Origin: an uncultured Nitrososphaerota archaeon
Lineage (GTDB): Archaea; Thermoproteota; Nitrososphaeria; Nitrososphaerales; Gagatemarchaeaceae
DNA length: 24,000 nt
Direction: 5' to 3'
Assembly (NCBI GenBank): GCA_963718895.1
Contig: CAVRAG010000007.1
Location: 435,988 to 459,987, forward strand
The notes under the pieces were generated by a model, which was not told where the DNA came from, made no database searches, and saw nothing but the letters and a program-made list of their open reading frames with translations. Below, piece after piece: positions 22,767 to 24,000 of this stretch (positions within the stretch are counted from its first letter, which is position 1; the number at the start of each line of letters is the position of its first letter). The position numbers and the translations under genes are program-made.

Positions 22767-23632
22767 AGTCGGAACACCCTGGTCGCGTTCTTCCAGAGGA
22801 TCCTCTCAACATCTCCGGCATCGATCCGGAGTTTCGCAACCAGCTCGAGCGCCAGCGAAGGAGTCGATACAGGATAATCCGTCCCGAAGATGACCTTCTC
22901 GGCCCCTCCTGCGTAGTAGATGGCCCGCGTGACCTGCTCGGCCACAGAGTCGAGATAACCCGGCAGGTACTTGCTGCCTCCCACGATTAGGCCGGAGATA
23001 TCCGCGCAGACGTTCGGATGCTTGTAGATCAGCTCGCCGACGTCCGAGATCCATGGGTTGCCGAAATGGCACGCGACCACGATCAACCCGGATCGTCCGT
23101 TCGCAAGACGGTCAAGCGTCAAGGGGCGGGAGTGCTCTAGGCTGCCGGTCGCGCTCGCCGTGTCACCGGTGTGGAACATCACGGGCAGGCTCTCCGACTC
23201 CGCGTAATCGTAGAGGCCGTCATAGACGGGGTCGTCAGCGTAGACCTCCAGGTATCCGAGCCGGATCTTGAACCCCTTCACTTCGGCGCGGTTCCGCTTG
23301 GCGAGGTCCACCGCGCTGGCCACGTCGGAGGAAGTAGGCTCGACGGTGAGGATGGGAGAGAGCAGGCCGTCGCTCCTCCTGCAGAGGTCCAGGACCCTCT
23401 CGTTGGGGAGCGGCGCCCCGCCCTCGATTGGGGGGCTCAGCAATAGTCCCCGTGTGATGCCGTGCTCGCGCATGAGAGAGAGCGCCTCGTCGAGGTTGTA
23501 CTTCAGGCCGTTCAGCGAGGCGTACGGGATGAGCTCGTCGCGCGGATGCTCGGAGAGGTGCAGGTGAGCGTCGATAATCCGGGACAATCTAGACGGCTGC
23601 CGCTGGTTTTGGGATAAACCTTTGCCTGTCAA
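22763..23632 (-). CDS. Metal-dependent amidohydrolase (amidohydrolase_2/TIM-barrel type)
   Basis: 289 aa. The translation has IIDAHLHLSEH..., ...VMFHTGDT..., ...VVACHFGNPW... and ...VIFGTDYP. The start is TTG 23632 or an internal TTG at 23587 just before LSRIIDAH. Confidence 0.8.
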   Translation of the reverse strand: MTGKGLSQNQRQPSRLSRIIDAHLHLSEHPRDELIPYASLNGLKYNLDEALSLMREHGITRGLLLSPPIEGGAPLPNERVLDLCRRSDGLLSPILTVEPTSSDVASAVDLAKRNRAEVKGFKIRLGYLEVYADDPVYDGLYDYAESESLPVMFHTGDTASATGSLEHSRPLTLDRLANGRSGLIVVACHFGNPWISDVGELIYKHPNVCADISGLIVGGSKYLPGYLDSVAEQVTRAIYYAGGAEKVIFGTDYPVSTPSLALELVAKLRIDAGDVERILWKNATRVFRL

Positions 23633-23970
23633 CCCTGGACGGGGGTCGGACCCGCCCGAGTAGAGACGTGGTACCTGTTCCAGAGCATCCTGAAGAAGAG
23701 GGCCATCACTAGGTCGCCCAGCAGCGCGACTGGGACGGTTATCGTTGCGATGAGTCCGATCGCCGCTATTGGCATGATCAGGCCGAAGGAGAGGGCAATG
23801 ACCTGGGGTTGGTTATCGGACGATCCGGCTACCCTGAGGACGTAGACCAGGAAGAGCCCCTGGGCGAAGATCACCAGAAGGAGGACGACGAGGGCGGGCG
23901 CGCCTACCCCCATCCCGAATGAATCGACGAGGAGGGCGACCGGATAGAAGAGAATCCCGAGGACGGCCAT
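23629..23970 (-). CDS. Small integral membrane protein, unknown function
   Basis: 113 aa with an ATG start and three to four hydrophobic helices (ILFYPVALLV, APALVVLLLVIFAQGLFLVYVL, ALSFGLIMPIAAIGLIATITVPVALLGDLVMALFF). It overlaps the amidohydrolase start by 4 nt. Confidence 0.5.
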   Translation of the reverse strand: MAVLGILFYPVALLVDSFGMGVGAPALVVLLLVIFAQGLFLVYVLRVAGSSDNQPQVIALSFGLIMPIAAIGLIATITVPVALLGDLVMALFFRMLWNRYHVSTRAGPTPVQG

Positions 23971-24000
23971 CCTCCTGGGGGAGACCTTCGGCGCGCGGGT

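Noticed and set aside
1-24000. A search by eye for CRISPR repeats, tRNA/rRNA genes, transposases, integrases, toxin-antitoxin pairs or known defence genes.
   Set aside because: I found no regularly spaced repeats, no cloverleaf-like intergenic sequence (all spacers are under 200 nt and mostly promoter-like), and no ORF with recombinase, nuclease or toxin motifs. The 1.36 kb insertion carries no mobility gene.

Overview
High-GC (roughly 60-65% by eye) archaeal chromosomal segment with dense coding on both strands. I saw no rRNA, tRNA, CRISPR array, transposase or integrase.

Layout:
- 1-4.8 kb (minus strand): the canonical archaeal ribosomal-protein/RNA-polymerase cluster S13-S4-S11-RpoD-L18e-L13-S9-RpoN. 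It is interrupted between S11 and RpoD by a 1.36 kb segment carrying one secreted protein of unknown function, bracketed by an 11-nt perfect direct repeat.
- 4.8-11.7 kb: a winged-helix regulator divergent from glmS, with a perfect 22-nt palindrome between them. Then deoxyhypusine synthase, a PAC2-type proteasome assembly chaperone, Hsp20, a 2-hydroxyacid dehydrogenase and a CoxG-like protein.
- 11.7-15.3 kb (minus): a form-II CoxL-like molybdopterin subunit with no partner subunits nearby, and purA.
- 15.3-17.5 kb: a divergent redox pair, a PNPOx-family flavoprotein and a class-I pyridine nucleotide-disulfide oxidoreductase. It carries three apparent single-base homopolymer indels and an operator-like repeat cluster.
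- 17.5-21.6 kb, the most interesting part. A membrane-anchored unknown is followed by a minus-strand run: small Tat-signal protein, signal-less DUF4331 protein whose N-terminus reads M-T-S-H, hairpin plus T5, NiCoT nickel/cobalt permease, small PUA/ASCH-like unknown. I propose this as an undescribed nickel-handling module built around DUF4331.
- 21.7-24 kb: NTF2/SnoaL-like protein, and a minus-strand membrane protein-amidohydrolase-GNAT operon.

Most first genes have an AT-rich TATA-like box centred about 26-30 nt upstream of the start codon, implying leaderless or near-leaderless mRNAs. About half of the starts are GTG or TTG.

All functional calls come from reading the supplied translations and recognising motifs. 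No database search was run.
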